DNA from: an uncultured delta proteobacterium
GTDB taxonomy: Bacteria > Bdellovibrionota > FAC87 > UBA2466
DNA: 64,000 bases
Direction of reading: 5' to 3'
Assembly (NCBI GenBank): GCA_963778115.1
Contig: CAVZSV010000004.1
Span: 1,024,001 to 1,088,000, forward strand
Positions 41,720 through 50,996 of this stretch are shown here, piece after piece. The notes below the pieces were generated by a model. That model made no database searches. It worked only from the letters and a program-made list of their open reading frames with translations, and had not been told where the DNA came from. Positions within the stretch are counted from its first letter, which is position 1; the number at the start of each line of letters is the position of its first letter. The position numbers and the translations under genes were made by a program.

Positions 41720-42277
41720 TCATCTCCTCCATCCCGGGGGGCAAGGAGGGCATGGGGGACAATAAGGGCCAGGACAGTGACAAGGATCGGGGCTTACATA
41801 GGGGTAACCTCCCGGACCAGGATAGGGATAGTTCCGCCGATCGACCCCCGGAGACAGGTTCGGCAAACGCATGCCGGACCTTTTTGGCGGATCTACCTGC
41901 GGAACTGGAGCAGGAGTAGGTGCGGGAGGCGGCATAGCGGGATCCTCCTGCGGTTTCTCCGGCGTCCGCTCAGGCTCTTTCGCAGGCTCCGGAGCCACCG
42001 CGGGACTCGGCTCCGCTGGGGGTTCTTCTTCAGGAGGATCTTCTTTCGGCGCTTCCGCGGGCTCTTCGTCCGGTTCGGCCTCGGGCCGCCATTCTCGATA
42101 AGGCTCGAACGGTTGGTGTCCCGGCTCGTCATCGGTCTTTCGCTTAGGCTCCACCGGTGGACTTTCGGTTTGCGCGCATTCTTTCGCGCGACCAGAAAAA
42201 TAGAGCTCAGTCGAGCAAGGGTAAGCCCCACTCACCACGGCATAGAGACTGATAACAATAATGACGAACGTCTTCAC
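41720..42277 (-). CDS. Pro/Glu-rich secreted protein with Cys-Pro C-terminus
   Basis: GTG 42277 overlaps upstream TAG; hydrophobic N-terminus; PCHCPGPYCPPCPPCPP tail. Confidence 0.6.
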   Translation of the reverse strand: MKTFVIIVISLYAVVSGAYPCSTELYFSGRAKECAQTESPPVEPKRKTDDEPGHQPFEPYREWRPEAEPDEEPAEAPKEDPPEEEPPAEPSPAVAPEPAKEPERTPEKPQEDPAMPPPAPTPAPVPQVDPPKRSGMRLPNLSPGVDRRNYPYPGPGGYPYVSPDPCHCPGPYCPPCPPCPPGWRR

Positions 42278-43500
42278 TACGACTCCGGGATTTCCTTTTT
42301 GGCTTTGCCCTCTCCCTCTACTCCCTTTCCACAATTCAATTTTTCTGCCAAACGAAGTTCGAGACTCGCCAAGTAAGCTCTCTGCCCTTTTATGAATTCA
42401 GCCGAGCCATCGGACTTAGCAAGAAACTCAATTCTAATTCTCTGGTACTGAACGGCTCTTTCCCAATCTTCTAAATCGACCAGATATTGAATTAAGGCGG
42501 GATGAGCCCGAGCCTCATCGGACTGAAGGGAGGACAGCTGCAAGAGTCGCTTTCCCAGTTTTTTCTTCAACACCTCGTTACTCTGCTTCGGCGGATGGTC
42601 CTTATCGTAAAAGACACTTAAGAGCAGATCTAATCCAAAAGGATTATCCCATTGCTCGATGGCACACCGATCGATCAAAGCATAAGCTTCAGAATACCGC
42701 CCTAATTGAAACATCAGGAGTCGAATTTTTTCTGGCGTTCGCCACAATCTCATCTCCGGATAAACATCTAAGATCTGATCATAGAATCGAAGGGCGTCCT
42801 CCCACCGCTTGCCTTCGCTAGCCGCATGGTATTGTGAAGCGAGTTCATCCATCCTCTCTTGTTGAAGTCTGCGACGAGCGATCGCTTGAACCATCGATGC
42901 CGGATCCCAAGAACCCGCGAGAATTTGCGGAATCGCCTCTTCGAGCTGAACCGGATGGCCAATGAAAACGATTTTCCCCTTTTGCACCACGAAGGCCGTA
43001 GGAATGCCCCTTTGATCGGCGGCCGTCATCCATGCCGCTTTCGCAGCCCCCGTCCCCTCGAACGCAATCCGATAGCCGATCTCATCCCACTTCTTTTCCA
43101 GAAATGTGTTTAACGACGCTAGTTTCGCTTCCGTGGTCGCTCCCATTTCGTGCGCTGCAACCCCAATCACTACGACACCACTGTTTTGGTATCGTTTCTG
43201 AAGTTCCGTCAGTTTTGGAATGCTATCCACACAAGGGCCACAGAGGGTTCCCCAAAATTCGACGATGTAAAGAGTGTTTGGCTCAAAGGCGAATATCGGA
43301 TCCCCCTTCCACCAACGCTCGGAAGCTAGTTTCGGGGCATCATCTGCGATGTTAAGTGTGGCCCCCCCGTAACAAAGGGGATCTCCCAAAAGCCAGAGAC
43401 AAAAAAAGAGCCGCTGAATCCCTTTGGACCTTTTCGAGATGAGGCACCTCCATTCCCTTTTCGTGCCCGAGAAGCTATCCAAAGTTTGTGAGGTAGGCAC
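42277..43500 (-). CDS. TlpA-like thioredoxin/redoxin with TPR-like C-terminus
   Basis: IVEFWGTLCGPC, GIPTAFVV, FIGHP; start uncertain. Confidence 0.85.
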   Translation of the reverse strand: MPTSQTLDSFSGTKREWRCLISKRSKGIQRLFFCLWLLGDPLCYGGATLNIADDAPKLASERWWKGDPIFAFEPNTLYIVEFWGTLCGPCVDSIPKLTELQKRYQNSGVVVIGVAAHEMGATTEAKLASLNTFLEKKWDEIGYRIAFEGTGAAKAAWMTAADQRGIPTAFVVQKGKIVFIGHPVQLEEAIPQILAGSWDPASMVQAIARRRLQQERMDELASQYHAASEGKRWEDALRFYDQILDVYPEMRLWRTPEKIRLLMFQLGRYSEAYALIDRCAIEQWDNPFGLDLLLSVFYDKDHPPKQSNEVLKKKLGKRLLQLSSLQSDEARAHPALIQYLVDLEDWERAVQYQRIRIEFLAKSDGSAEFIKGQRAYLASLELRLAEKLNCGKGVEGEGKAKKEIPES

Positions 43501-43612
43501 GACACAGATTCTTACGATTACGATAGAATCGCGATTGACTCAAATGGTCATCCCTTATATCCGAGTAGAAACACCCGAGTGGGTCGGGCTTTTTAAAATA
43601 TATGGGGGGGAT

Positions 43613-43933
43613 ATGAGTAAACTATCATTCCACAGATCTAACTTTTTCTTGGCCTTAGCGATCTTTCTAGCTATCGCTTCCTTTTCTAGCTTTGCCGATC
43701 AGACAACGTGCTCAACGTCGTCTCGAGGCACGTCCAGTGTTAGCGCCCAACAGCAGGATGACACTTTGATTACGGCCACTAACGGCAACATCGATGAAAC
43801 CGATCGTACCGCCGATCGCAGTTGCAGCTGTCAGCCTCCTAACGGAGAGTGCTCGGTCTCCTGCGGCGTTTTTGAAGATGCCGTTTGTGGATGTGGTGCC
43901 GTTTCCACCTGTTCTTGTGTCAGGCGTTTTTAG
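43613..43933 (+). CDS. Small secreted Cys-rich protein
   Basis: G-rich RBS, ATG 43613, signal peptide, CSCQPPNGECSVSCGVFEDAVCGCGAVSTCSC. Confidence 0.75.
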   Translation: MSKLSFHRSNFFLALAIFLAIASFSSFADQTTCSTSSRGTSSVSAQQQDDTLITATNGNIDETDRTADRSCSCQPPNGECSVSCGVFEDAVCGCGAVSTCSCVRRF

Positions 43934-43936
43934 TTA

Positions 43937-43993
43937 GAATCAGTCATAAGCCCCACTCTGCGGATGCATTTTCGCAGAGTGGGGCTCTGATTC
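43937..43993. terminator. Strong hairpin between convergent genes
   Basis: 14-bp perfect stem agccccactctgcg/cgcagagtggggct extended by gaatcag/ctgattc; no long U tract. Confidence 0.65.
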
Positions 43994-44003
43994 AAACAGT
44001 CCT

Positions 44004-45191
44004 TTAGGACTGGGACCTGAACAAGAGCTCGCCTATGTACTCGCCCTTCTTAGGGGCTGGGGGACACGCGAAGATGCCGCTTCCCACATGAGTGGCAAAT
44101 TGGTTAAGCGCATCGAACTTCGCCATCCTTTCAAAGATCCGAATAAATCCCGAACGGGGATCCGATTGGTAAGCCACGAAAAAAAGGCCAGCGTCATATT
44201 CCATCCCCTGCTTCCAAGGCGGCCATCGTTCGGCCGTGAAATCAACGCCATCGTTATAGGAGTATCCTCGTCGAAGAATCTGAGCCCCTCCGTTTTCAGC
44301 CGCTGAGGCTAATCGGACATGAGCGTTTTCAGCGATAACGGGATTTCCCTCGGAATCCATTCGTTTTAGATCCAAATCGTCATGCTCGTGTTTTTTTCCT
44401 AGCGGAGCTCCTGAGTATTTGTACCGTCCCATCACCTCTTCTTGAAAACCTACTTCCGAGCCATCCCAGTGCTCTAAAGCCACCCGAATCCGTCGCACGA
44501 CTTGGTAGCTACCCCCGCGCATCCACTCGGGCCCTTTGGGTCCCACCCAGACAAACTGGTCTCTCTCACTTTCTTTGGGCTGCTGTGTCCCGTCTTTAAA
44601 GCCCATAAGATTTCTGGGAGTGGTCTTGGCATCTGCACTTGCAACAAAGCCAGTCTGCGCCCAGCGGATCTGAGCGACATCGGTAGCCAGTCGCGCGAGT
44701 TGGCGAACCGCATGAAAAGCCACTTGAGGATCGTCAGCACAAGCCTGTACGGAAATGTCACCACCGGTCTTGCCTTCCACCAGCTGGTCTCCATTAAATT
44801 TTGGTAAATCGACCAGGGCTTCGGGACGAAGGTGTGATAGCCCATAGCGATCAACCCCATTCTTAGTAAAGACACCAGGTCCAAAACCGAACGTTAAGGT
44901 GAGCTTTGCCGCGGGAAGTTCTAAAGCTTCCCCGCTGTCGAGAGAAGCTGGCTTTCCCTGCATCATCTTCTGAGAAGCGTCGGTCCATGCTTTCAGAGCA
45001 CTAATTACCTGCTCACGCTTAGAGGAGATAAGATCAAACACAGCAAAATACATATAGCGTTGCTGGGGTGTTTCAATTCCCGCTTGGTGAACTCCTCGAA
45101 AGGAGATAACGGAGCTTTCATTTGGCGCAATCGCGGCCCACGCCGAAGTTCGTATTAATAATGAGAAAGCCAAAGCAATTTTTAGTTTCAT
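44004..45191 (-). CDS. Dyp-type peroxidase, EfeB-like
   Basis: HQAGIETPQQ, RNLMGFKDGT, NAHVRLA, QILRRGYSY, GLFFVAYQ. Confidence 0.92.
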   Translation of the reverse strand: MKLKIALAFSLLIRTSAWAAIAPNESSVISFRGVHQAGIETPQQRYMYFAVFDLISSKREQVISALKAWTDASQKMMQGKPASLDSGEALELPAAKLTLTFGFGPGVFTKNGVDRYGLSHLRPEALVDLPKFNGDQLVEGKTGGDISVQACADDPQVAFHAVRQLARLATDVAQIRWAQTGFVASADAKTTPRNLMGFKDGTQQPKESERDQFVWVGPKGPEWMRGGSYQVVRRIRVALEHWDGSEVGFQEEVMGRYKYSGAPLGKKHEHDDLDLKRMDSEGNPVIAENAHVRLASAAENGGAQILRRGYSYNDGVDFTAERWPPWKQGMEYDAGLFFVAYQSDPRSGFIRIFERMAKFDALNQFATHVGSGIFACPPAPKKGEYIGELLFRSQS

Positions 45192-46318
45192 TGCGCCAAT
45201 ACGACGGTGTTCATGTCGTCCTCCACATAATAAAAGCCATCTCCATTAGGAGTCATTGCGATGCCAAAGAGATCTCCGTTCCCGGGCGGGGTCTGTGCTC
45301 TATCCGTATCAATCCACTGGGCATAAATTTGATTTCCCGTAAGCGGATCTAATTCTACGACCTGTCCATTTCTTCCACTAATGACAAGCAAGTGCCCATT
45401 GGGAGCCATCACCATGGCGAGCGGTCGATGCAAAAGACCGTCCTTGGTTATGACCTTGAAGGGATTGCTAACCGCGCTCTCTCTGGTCGGAGCGTCGGGA
45501 ATGGAGATAATACGATTATTAAGCGCATCAGAGACGTAGAGGGTCTTATGGTCCTGTCCTAATGCCAGCCCCGTCGGGCCAATGACAAACACATCTCTTG
45601 CGGCTCTTTCCGATAGACCAGTCGCGATTACCGTTTGCCCTTTCACCTCGGGGGGTTTTCCCTCGGAAATTTTGAGATCGATTCTTAAAACGGTCGCTTT
45701 ATCGATGACGGTCCAGTTCGGATCGGGAGCTCCCACTCCAAAGCCCGTGTTACTAACGAAAAGAGAGGCTTTCGTCCCTTCATCGATAACGGCCATGTTT
45801 CCCCATGGATCATTAATATGAGGGCCTGCAATGACACTGGCGATTTTCCCTTCGGCGTCCAGCACGATAAGACACCCCTCTCCTTTGGTCGACGTGGTTC
45901 CGTCGTGACTTGGGGTACTGCCAACGATGACCCACCCGCTCTTTAACATTGTCATCGCGGTGGAAAGGCCTATTCCCCCGGGACAGCTCTCTACGGTTTT
46001 TGGTAATTGGGCGAAGGTTGAAGTCTGTTTCGTAGTGGGGTTGTAATCCACTATCGTGGTTCCGGTCCCTTGCAGATTATTTGAGTTATTGAAATTATCG
46101 ACGAGCACATCACCTTGATGAATCTTTCCCGACGAAACAGGGGCTACCATAATAGCGTAGGGATTTTGGTCCCCATTATCAGGTACGGTCGAAGTAACGA
46201 ATTGATGGTGATGTAACCTTTCTAGAAATCCCCCCTCTTGAGCTGACCGGGCTTCTTCGACACTCATCAATAAAGCAGTTACCACGAACATGGGGTACAG
46301 TATTTTTAATGCCTCCAT
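45188..46318 (-). CDS. Secreted beta-propeller-like (NHL-type) hypothetical protein
   Basis: Signal peptide; GDQNPYA, GPTGLAL, LYVSD, RPLAMVMAPNG repeats; GAGGAG RBS. Confidence 0.7.
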   Translation of the reverse strand: MEALKILYPMFVVTALLMSVEEARSAQEGGFLERLHHHQFVTSTVPDNGDQNPYAIMVAPVSSGKIHQGDVLVDNFNNSNNLQGTGTTIVDYNPTTKQTSTFAQLPKTVESCPGGIGLSTAMTMLKSGWVIVGSTPSHDGTTSTKGEGCLIVLDAEGKIASVIAGPHINDPWGNMAVIDEGTKASLFVSNTGFGVGAPDPNWTVIDKATVLRIDLKISEGKPPEVKGQTVIATGLSERAARDVFVIGPTGLALGQDHKTLYVSDALNNRIISIPDAPTRESAVSNPFKVITKDGLLHRPLAMVMAPNGHLLVISGRNGQVVELDPLTGNQIYAQWIDTDRAQTPPGNGDLFGIAMTPNGDGFYYVEDDMNTVVLAQ

Positions 46319-46328
46319 CGTTTCTCCT

Positions 46329-47846
46329 CTAAAGAATAAAGTTGGTCCGCACCCCAACTACCAGCTCGTTCGCTATAGTTTGGCCTCTAGCGAGATTATT
46401 GGGATTTAAAATGCCCCCTCCGGGATTAAAGACCCATTGGACATCGGGTTGGATCTGCCACCAAGGGACAATCTGGTACTGGTAGGTAAGCTCTAAATAG
46501 GTTTCGGCAGTTCGCAGAGGAATTGCCATACTCGTATAGAAAGCGGAATCCTGATCCAATGCCACGGCCCTGCTGCTGATATTGGCGCGGCCAAATCCAA
46601 TTCCCGCCACATCATTTTCTCGATGCTCAAAAGGCTCTCTCCACGTAATTCCGGCATTGATACTGTAAGTCACCAAGTTCGAATCCGCGGGAGCCACCAT
46701 GCCGCGGAAAAACACCCCAATCCCTTCTTCGCTCTGTGGGCTTTCTCGCCATAGGAGCTGGTCGACGACGGCGTAAAGACTGTAGTTGCCTCGATGTAAT
46801 TGCGGACTCCCGTTGCTCGCGGGATTGGCGAGAGAAAGCCCGTCGCTTCCATATCGCTCGTCCGCAAAACTTCCAAAATCATACCAACCGCCGATCTTAT
46901 AGGTCGCCGGCAGAATACTGCTCTTTCCCGCATACTCGAGTTCTCCCAACGCCGGCCTTGAGTATTGGACTTCGGCAATGACGAGAGGCGAATCGCTCAA
47001 CCGAAAATTGGTCCCATTTGCATTGAGCGACTGCGGATCCTCATGAGAGCCGGGAGAAATTCCAGAAGGATTATCGTCAAAGACCCCCGCTAGAAAGGTC
47101 CAAGGACCCGAAGACGGATTAGCCCTAAGGCGCGCTCCTAGCGATGCTAAGGGATAGGCCGGTCCACCCGAAAGCAGATCGGCTGAGGGTAGCATCGGCC
47201 AACCGAACATGGTATTGATGAAAAGGCCCGCGTATTGGCTCACCATAAACTCTTGATCGAGACTCTGGTTTCCTATCTTGATGTCCCACTGATTATAAAA
47301 AAACGACTGCTGGTACCACAGTTCCCATAGACGAAAGCCCGAATCGGCTTCGATTCCGCTTGAGGTTTGAAGGGTTGCTAAGTGGGTCGCGCTTAAATTG
47401 CTTCCGTGCACCCATAAGGTACTGACGTTCAAAAGACCTCCATCAATTCGCAGAGCCTTTCGAGTGTTTAGCTGGAGATCTATCGTGGTTAATCCATCGT
47501 AAGCGGCCCCTTGTCGAATACCGCCGGTAGCATTACCAAGGACCTCACTTGTCTCTTGCAGATTTAACGAAATTCCATAACGACCCAACCACGAACGGAT
47601 GCCTAAGGGATCCCCCAATAAACTGCTCCGCTGCCAGATTCCTCCCATGGGCCCTTCGCCTATGATTTGCCCCAGCGAAGAGCCGGGGCGATTACCGGCC
47701 GATCGGTAATTGACTTGCCATTCCGTGGGAGAATTAGAGCTAGCAGCGTCGCCCGTTGAAGCGGAGGAATCCGCCAGAGAACGCGCGCACCACCCCCCCA
47801 TTACAAAGTACAGCAGCAACAGACTGGTAAGAGCCAAACGCGCCAT
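46329..47846 (-). CDS. OprB-family carbohydrate-selective porin
   Basis: RLWELWY, DQEF, FINTMFGWP, ETYLELTY, IQPDVQW..NPGG, VGVRT. Confidence 0.9.
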   Translation of the reverse strand: MARLALTSLLLLYFVMGGWCARSLADSSASTGDAASSNSPTEWQVNYRSAGNRPGSSLGQIIGEGPMGGIWQRSSLLGDPLGIRSWLGRYGISLNLQETSEVLGNATGGIRQGAAYDGLTTIDLQLNTRKALRIDGGLLNVSTLWVHGSNLSATHLATLQTSSGIEADSGFRLWELWYQQSFFYNQWDIKIGNQSLDQEFMVSQYAGLFINTMFGWPMLPSADLLSGGPAYPLASLGARLRANPSSGPWTFLAGVFDDNPSGISPGSHEDPQSLNANGTNFRLSDSPLVIAEVQYSRPALGELEYAGKSSILPATYKIGGWYDFGSFADERYGSDGLSLANPASNGSPQLHRGNYSLYAVVDQLLWRESPQSEEGIGVFFRGMVAPADSNLVTYSINAGITWREPFEHRENDVAGIGFGRANISSRAVALDQDSAFYTSMAIPLRTAETYLELTYQYQIVPWWQIQPDVQWVFNPGGGILNPNNLARGQTIANELVVGVRTNFIL

Positions 47847-48044
47847 CGGATCCCCATGCCCTACTTTACTCTTGATTCAGATTATATCTGAATAAGACTT
47901 AGTCTGAACTACTAAATACCCCGGCAAAGCGCAAACACACCGCGCTATGGCTATTGCGAAAGCTAGCCCTCTGGCCGTAATAGCGACTTCGTATTAAGAT
48001 AGAAAGATACGTGGGCGCTAGAACCCGCAACGAGGAGAAACCCA

Positions 48045-48221
48045 ATGTGTGCTGCCTGTGTGGAATATATTAAGGACAAGTTGACCGAAGCTGAATTCAA
48101 ATCGGCTTTAAAAGAGATCACTCGTGAAGATAAAGCGCATGCAACCGAAGTAGAACAGCTAGTCCAAAAGCACGCGGGCAAGCCAGAAGAGTTAAAAAAG
48201 CAGCTCCGCGACCTTTCTTAG
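48045..48221 (+). CDS. Small protein with N-terminal CxxC (58 aa, below ORF-track cutoff)
   Basis: GAGGAG RBS then MCAACVEYIKDKLTEAEFKSALKEITREDKAHATEVEQLVQKHAGKPEELKKQLRDLS. Confidence 0.7.
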   Translation: MCAACVEYIKDKLTEAEFKSALKEITREDKAHATEVEQLVQKHAGKPEELKKQLRDLS

Positions 48222-48239
48222 CTATTCCTGCGCGAATAG

Positions 48240-48887
48240 TTAACTAGCGATCCGCCACTCACGATTCGAAGTGCCGTTGGATTTAAAATCCTGCCAGCGG
48301 GCTTCCACTTCTCGCCAATTCACGACATTCCAAAAAGCATCGATATACTCCGGACGACGGTTTTGGCATTTCAGATAGTAAGCGTGCTCCCACAGATCGA
48401 GGACCAGAAGAGGAGTCATTCCACGTTGTAGCGGATTTTCATGATCGGGAGCTGAAAAGAGTTTCATCTGTCCCTCTTCGTCCGCGCAGAGCCACGCCCA
48501 CCCATTTGAAAAATGCTCTGCTGCCACTTCAGTAAACTTCTCCTGGAACTGTGAAAAATGGCCAAAGGTCTCATCCAATACCTTCTTGATCTCCCCCATC
48601 GGCTTCTTGTCCGACTTGGGGCTTAATAGCGTCCAGAAAAGCGTATGGTTCGCATGCCCTCCCCCATTATGAAGAACCGCGGTTTGAATCTCTTTAGGAA
48701 GGCTATCGACCGACGCCAACAATTCCTCCACCGGTAATTTCTGATGCGGATATTTTTTCATCGCTTGATTTAATTTATCGACATATGTCTCGTGATGCCC
48801 ATCATGATGAACGTGCATTGTTTTTTCATCGATATAGGGAACTAAAGCGTCGTAAGCAAAGGGAAGCGGGGGGAGCACATAATCCAT
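48240..48887 (-). CDS. Fe/Mn superoxide dismutase
   Basis: HHDGHHETYV, NGGGHANHTLFW, GWAWL, DLWEHAYY. Confidence 0.95.
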   Translation of the reverse strand: MDYVLPPLPFAYDALVPYIDEKTMHVHHDGHHETYVDKLNQAMKKYPHQKLPVEELLASVDSLPKEIQTAVLHNGGGHANHTLFWTLLSPKSDKKPMGEIKKVLDETFGHFSQFQEKFTEVAAEHFSNGWAWLCADEEGQMKLFSAPDHENPLQRGMTPLLVLDLWEHAYYLKCQNRRPEYIDAFWNVVNWREVEARWQDFKSNGTSNREWRIAS

Positions 48888-48899
48888 TGGGATTCTCCT

Positions 48900-50006
48900 T
48901 TAAGCGGCTGAGGGTGCCTTAACGTGCACCAGTTTGGGTTGTTTCACTGCAGGGAACTTTCTCTCCAGTGATCGGTCGGGGCCATCTTTGCTAACGAGAT
49001 CGCTTAACTTCACAGCTCTTCGCTGAAGTGCCGATTGATAAATGGCCTCGATAATACTCATATCGTTTCTTCCCTCCAGACCAGATGGCTCCGGATCCTT
49101 TCGGGTGAGAATACACTCGGAAAAGTAAGTGAGTTCAGGGGCAAATTGATCTCGTTTCTTGAAAACTTCGTGTTTGGTCTTTTCGCCTTGGGTTAGAAAA
49201 TATTCTATCCCTTTGGTTTCATCGTAGGCGGGTTCCAAACGAATCGTTCCTTTGGAGCCCATCAACGAAAAGAAGGAATTATCGGCGGCCCCGAAGCTAC
49301 AGCTGAATGAGGCCAAACGGTTTTCAGGGAAAATTAACAAAGCGCTCACCATCTCTTCGACTTCTTGAAACCGGTCGTCTTTGGGATCCGCTTCCGTAAA
49401 AGCCACTACTTCAATGGGCTCGGACTGGAAGAGGTACCTACTGGCGTTGATGCAGTAAATTCCCAAATCCAAAAGGGAACCGCCGCCTGCTTTGAGTCTC
49501 ACGTTGTCCTTTGCCACCTGCATCGAAAAAACTGAATCAAAGATTCTTGGATTGCCGATCTTTCCGGACTTTACATCCTCTATCACCTTGAGGTTAGCCG
49601 GATCAAAATGCAGTCGATAGGCGATCATGAGCCTACTTCCGCCCGACTTGCACGCCTCAATCATCTGGTCGCACTCTTCAGTAGTAACCGCCATCGGCTT
49701 TTCACATAAAACGTGAATCCCGTTTTGGGCTGCCGGGAGCGTATGTTCTAAGTGCATATGATTAGGAGAAGCAATATAGACGGCATCTAATAGACCCGAT
49801 TGAAGATAACTCTCGTAATCTTCATAAGGCAGAGTCTCGACTCGATACTCTCTGGCGAGCTTGTCTCTTTTTTTGGAATCCCCAGAGAATATAGCGACGA
49901 GCTCGGAATTTTCTCCCGCGTGCCGAAACGCGGGTATTACCGACGTCTGTGCAATCCAACCCGCACCGACGACGCCGTATCGAATCTTATTCTTGTCTTT
50001 GTTCAT
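48900..50006 (-). CDS. Gfo/Idh/MocA family oxidoreductase
   Basis: GVVGAGWIA, HVLCEKPMA, GGSLLDLGIYC. Confidence 0.93.
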   Translation of the reverse strand: MNKDKNKIRYGVVGAGWIAQTSVIPAFRHAGENSELVAIFSGDSKKRDKLAREYRVETLPYEDYESYLQSGLLDAVYIASPNHMHLEHTLPAAQNGIHVLCEKPMAVTTEECDQMIEACKSGGSRLMIAYRLHFDPANLKVIEDVKSGKIGNPRIFDSVFSMQVAKDNVRLKAGGGSLLDLGIYCINASRYLFQSEPIEVVAFTEADPKDDRFQEVEEMVSALLIFPENRLASFSCSFGAADNSFFSLMGSKGTIRLEPAYDETKGIEYFLTQGEKTKHEVFKKRDQFAPELTYFSECILTRKDPEPSGLEGRNDMSIIEAIYQSALQRRAVKLSDLVSKDGPDRSLERKFPAVKQPKLVHVKAPSAA

Positions 50007-50170
50007 AAGCCTAAATCACCCCTCAAAATGCCCTCGGCGCTCTTGCAGCCTTTACAGCAACTCCGACCCGAGGGCTTTAAGAAGGATCGGAAATACTGGC
50101 TAGCACAAGCATCACTTTTCGGGTGATGCCTCTTCTAATTCTGCCGTTCGCCTTCTGTCCGGTAATTATT

Positions 50171-50185
50171 GCAGATCGCATGCCG
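50171..50185 (-). promoter_or_regulatory. Possible sigma54 promoter for the gfo-sod pair
   Basis: CGGCATGCGATCTGC on minus strand (GG-N10-GC), weaker match. Confidence 0.35.
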
Positions 50186-50474
50186 ATTTATTTACCCACA
50201 ACGCTTTGCGATGGCGTTGCGGGACACTACGTTTTGCATCTCGTTCTCTTTGAGGAGAGTAGCAAATTTGCGCGCCCATGCTTGAAAAGCCTTTAGGCAT
50301 CGCCTACCGTTTTCTTCTTTGGGATCTATGTGGGCCAACACGTCTTCAATACTAGAGTCGTCTGCTGCTCAGAAGACCTGTTTGGAGATCGAGCCGGACG
50401 CTAAGAGCGTTAGCAATCCAGTACCTTCGTGCTACGGCATGAATTAGCTCCCGCCCCCAGACTTCGGAAATTTC

Positions 50475-50780
50475 TTAGGGAGTCTTCGTGCAGGTGCAAG
50501 ACGACTGAGTCGAGTTACCATTAGCATCACAGCCTGCCTCCACACAGACCGGGGCCATCGTCGCGGGGCAGGTGATGCTGCAACCGGAGTCGATCGAAGA
50601 ACCACTGTTTGAACAAGAATAACTCAGACCAGGAATCTTGCATCCCGGCAGAGAATCATCTTGCTGTAAATTTGAACTTTGCGCGGCGGTATATACCGGT
50701 AGTTCGCTACCGAAAGACAAAGCCGATATTGTCACGACAAGAATAGCAGCCATCGAAAAATACCTACGAAACGTTTCCAT
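50475..50780 (-). CDS. Small secreted Cys-rich protein
   Basis: AGGGGG RBS, signal peptide, CSITCPATMAPVC...CTC. Confidence 0.75.
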   Translation of the reverse strand: METFRRYFSMAAILVVTISALSFGSELPVYTAAQSSNLQQDDSLPGCKIPGLSYSCSNSGSSIDSGCSITCPATMAPVCVEAGCDANGNSTQSSCTCTKTP

Positions 50781-50829
50781 TTTTTTAATCCCCCTACATT
50801 GAAATCAATCCAACCACTCGTAGACAGAT

Positions 50830-50844
50830 GCACAACACAAGCCA
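50830..50844 (-). promoter_or_regulatory. Possible sigma54 promoter
   Basis: TGGCTTGTGTTGTGC on minus strand (GG-N10-GC), 50 nt upstream of ATG 50780. Confidence 0.4.
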
Positions 50845-50996
50845 TTCGTATCAAGCGTATCCGAGCGAAACTCTGTTAGATTTACGGGGAAACTTTACTC
50901 ACCGGTAGCAAAGCGACACCGCCGGAAAAGGCGGATGACACCGCGTTGGGCATCTGCTATATGACGCGTAGTGTTACTCTAGCAAAAGGGGTGGTT

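Noticed and set aside
41669..42376. 235-aa Arg-rich plus-strand ORF
   Set aside because: Antisense shadow of the Pro-rich minus-strand gene.
47963..48181. 72-aa minus-strand ORF
   Set aside because: Antisense to the better supported 58-aa plus-strand ORF that has an RBS.
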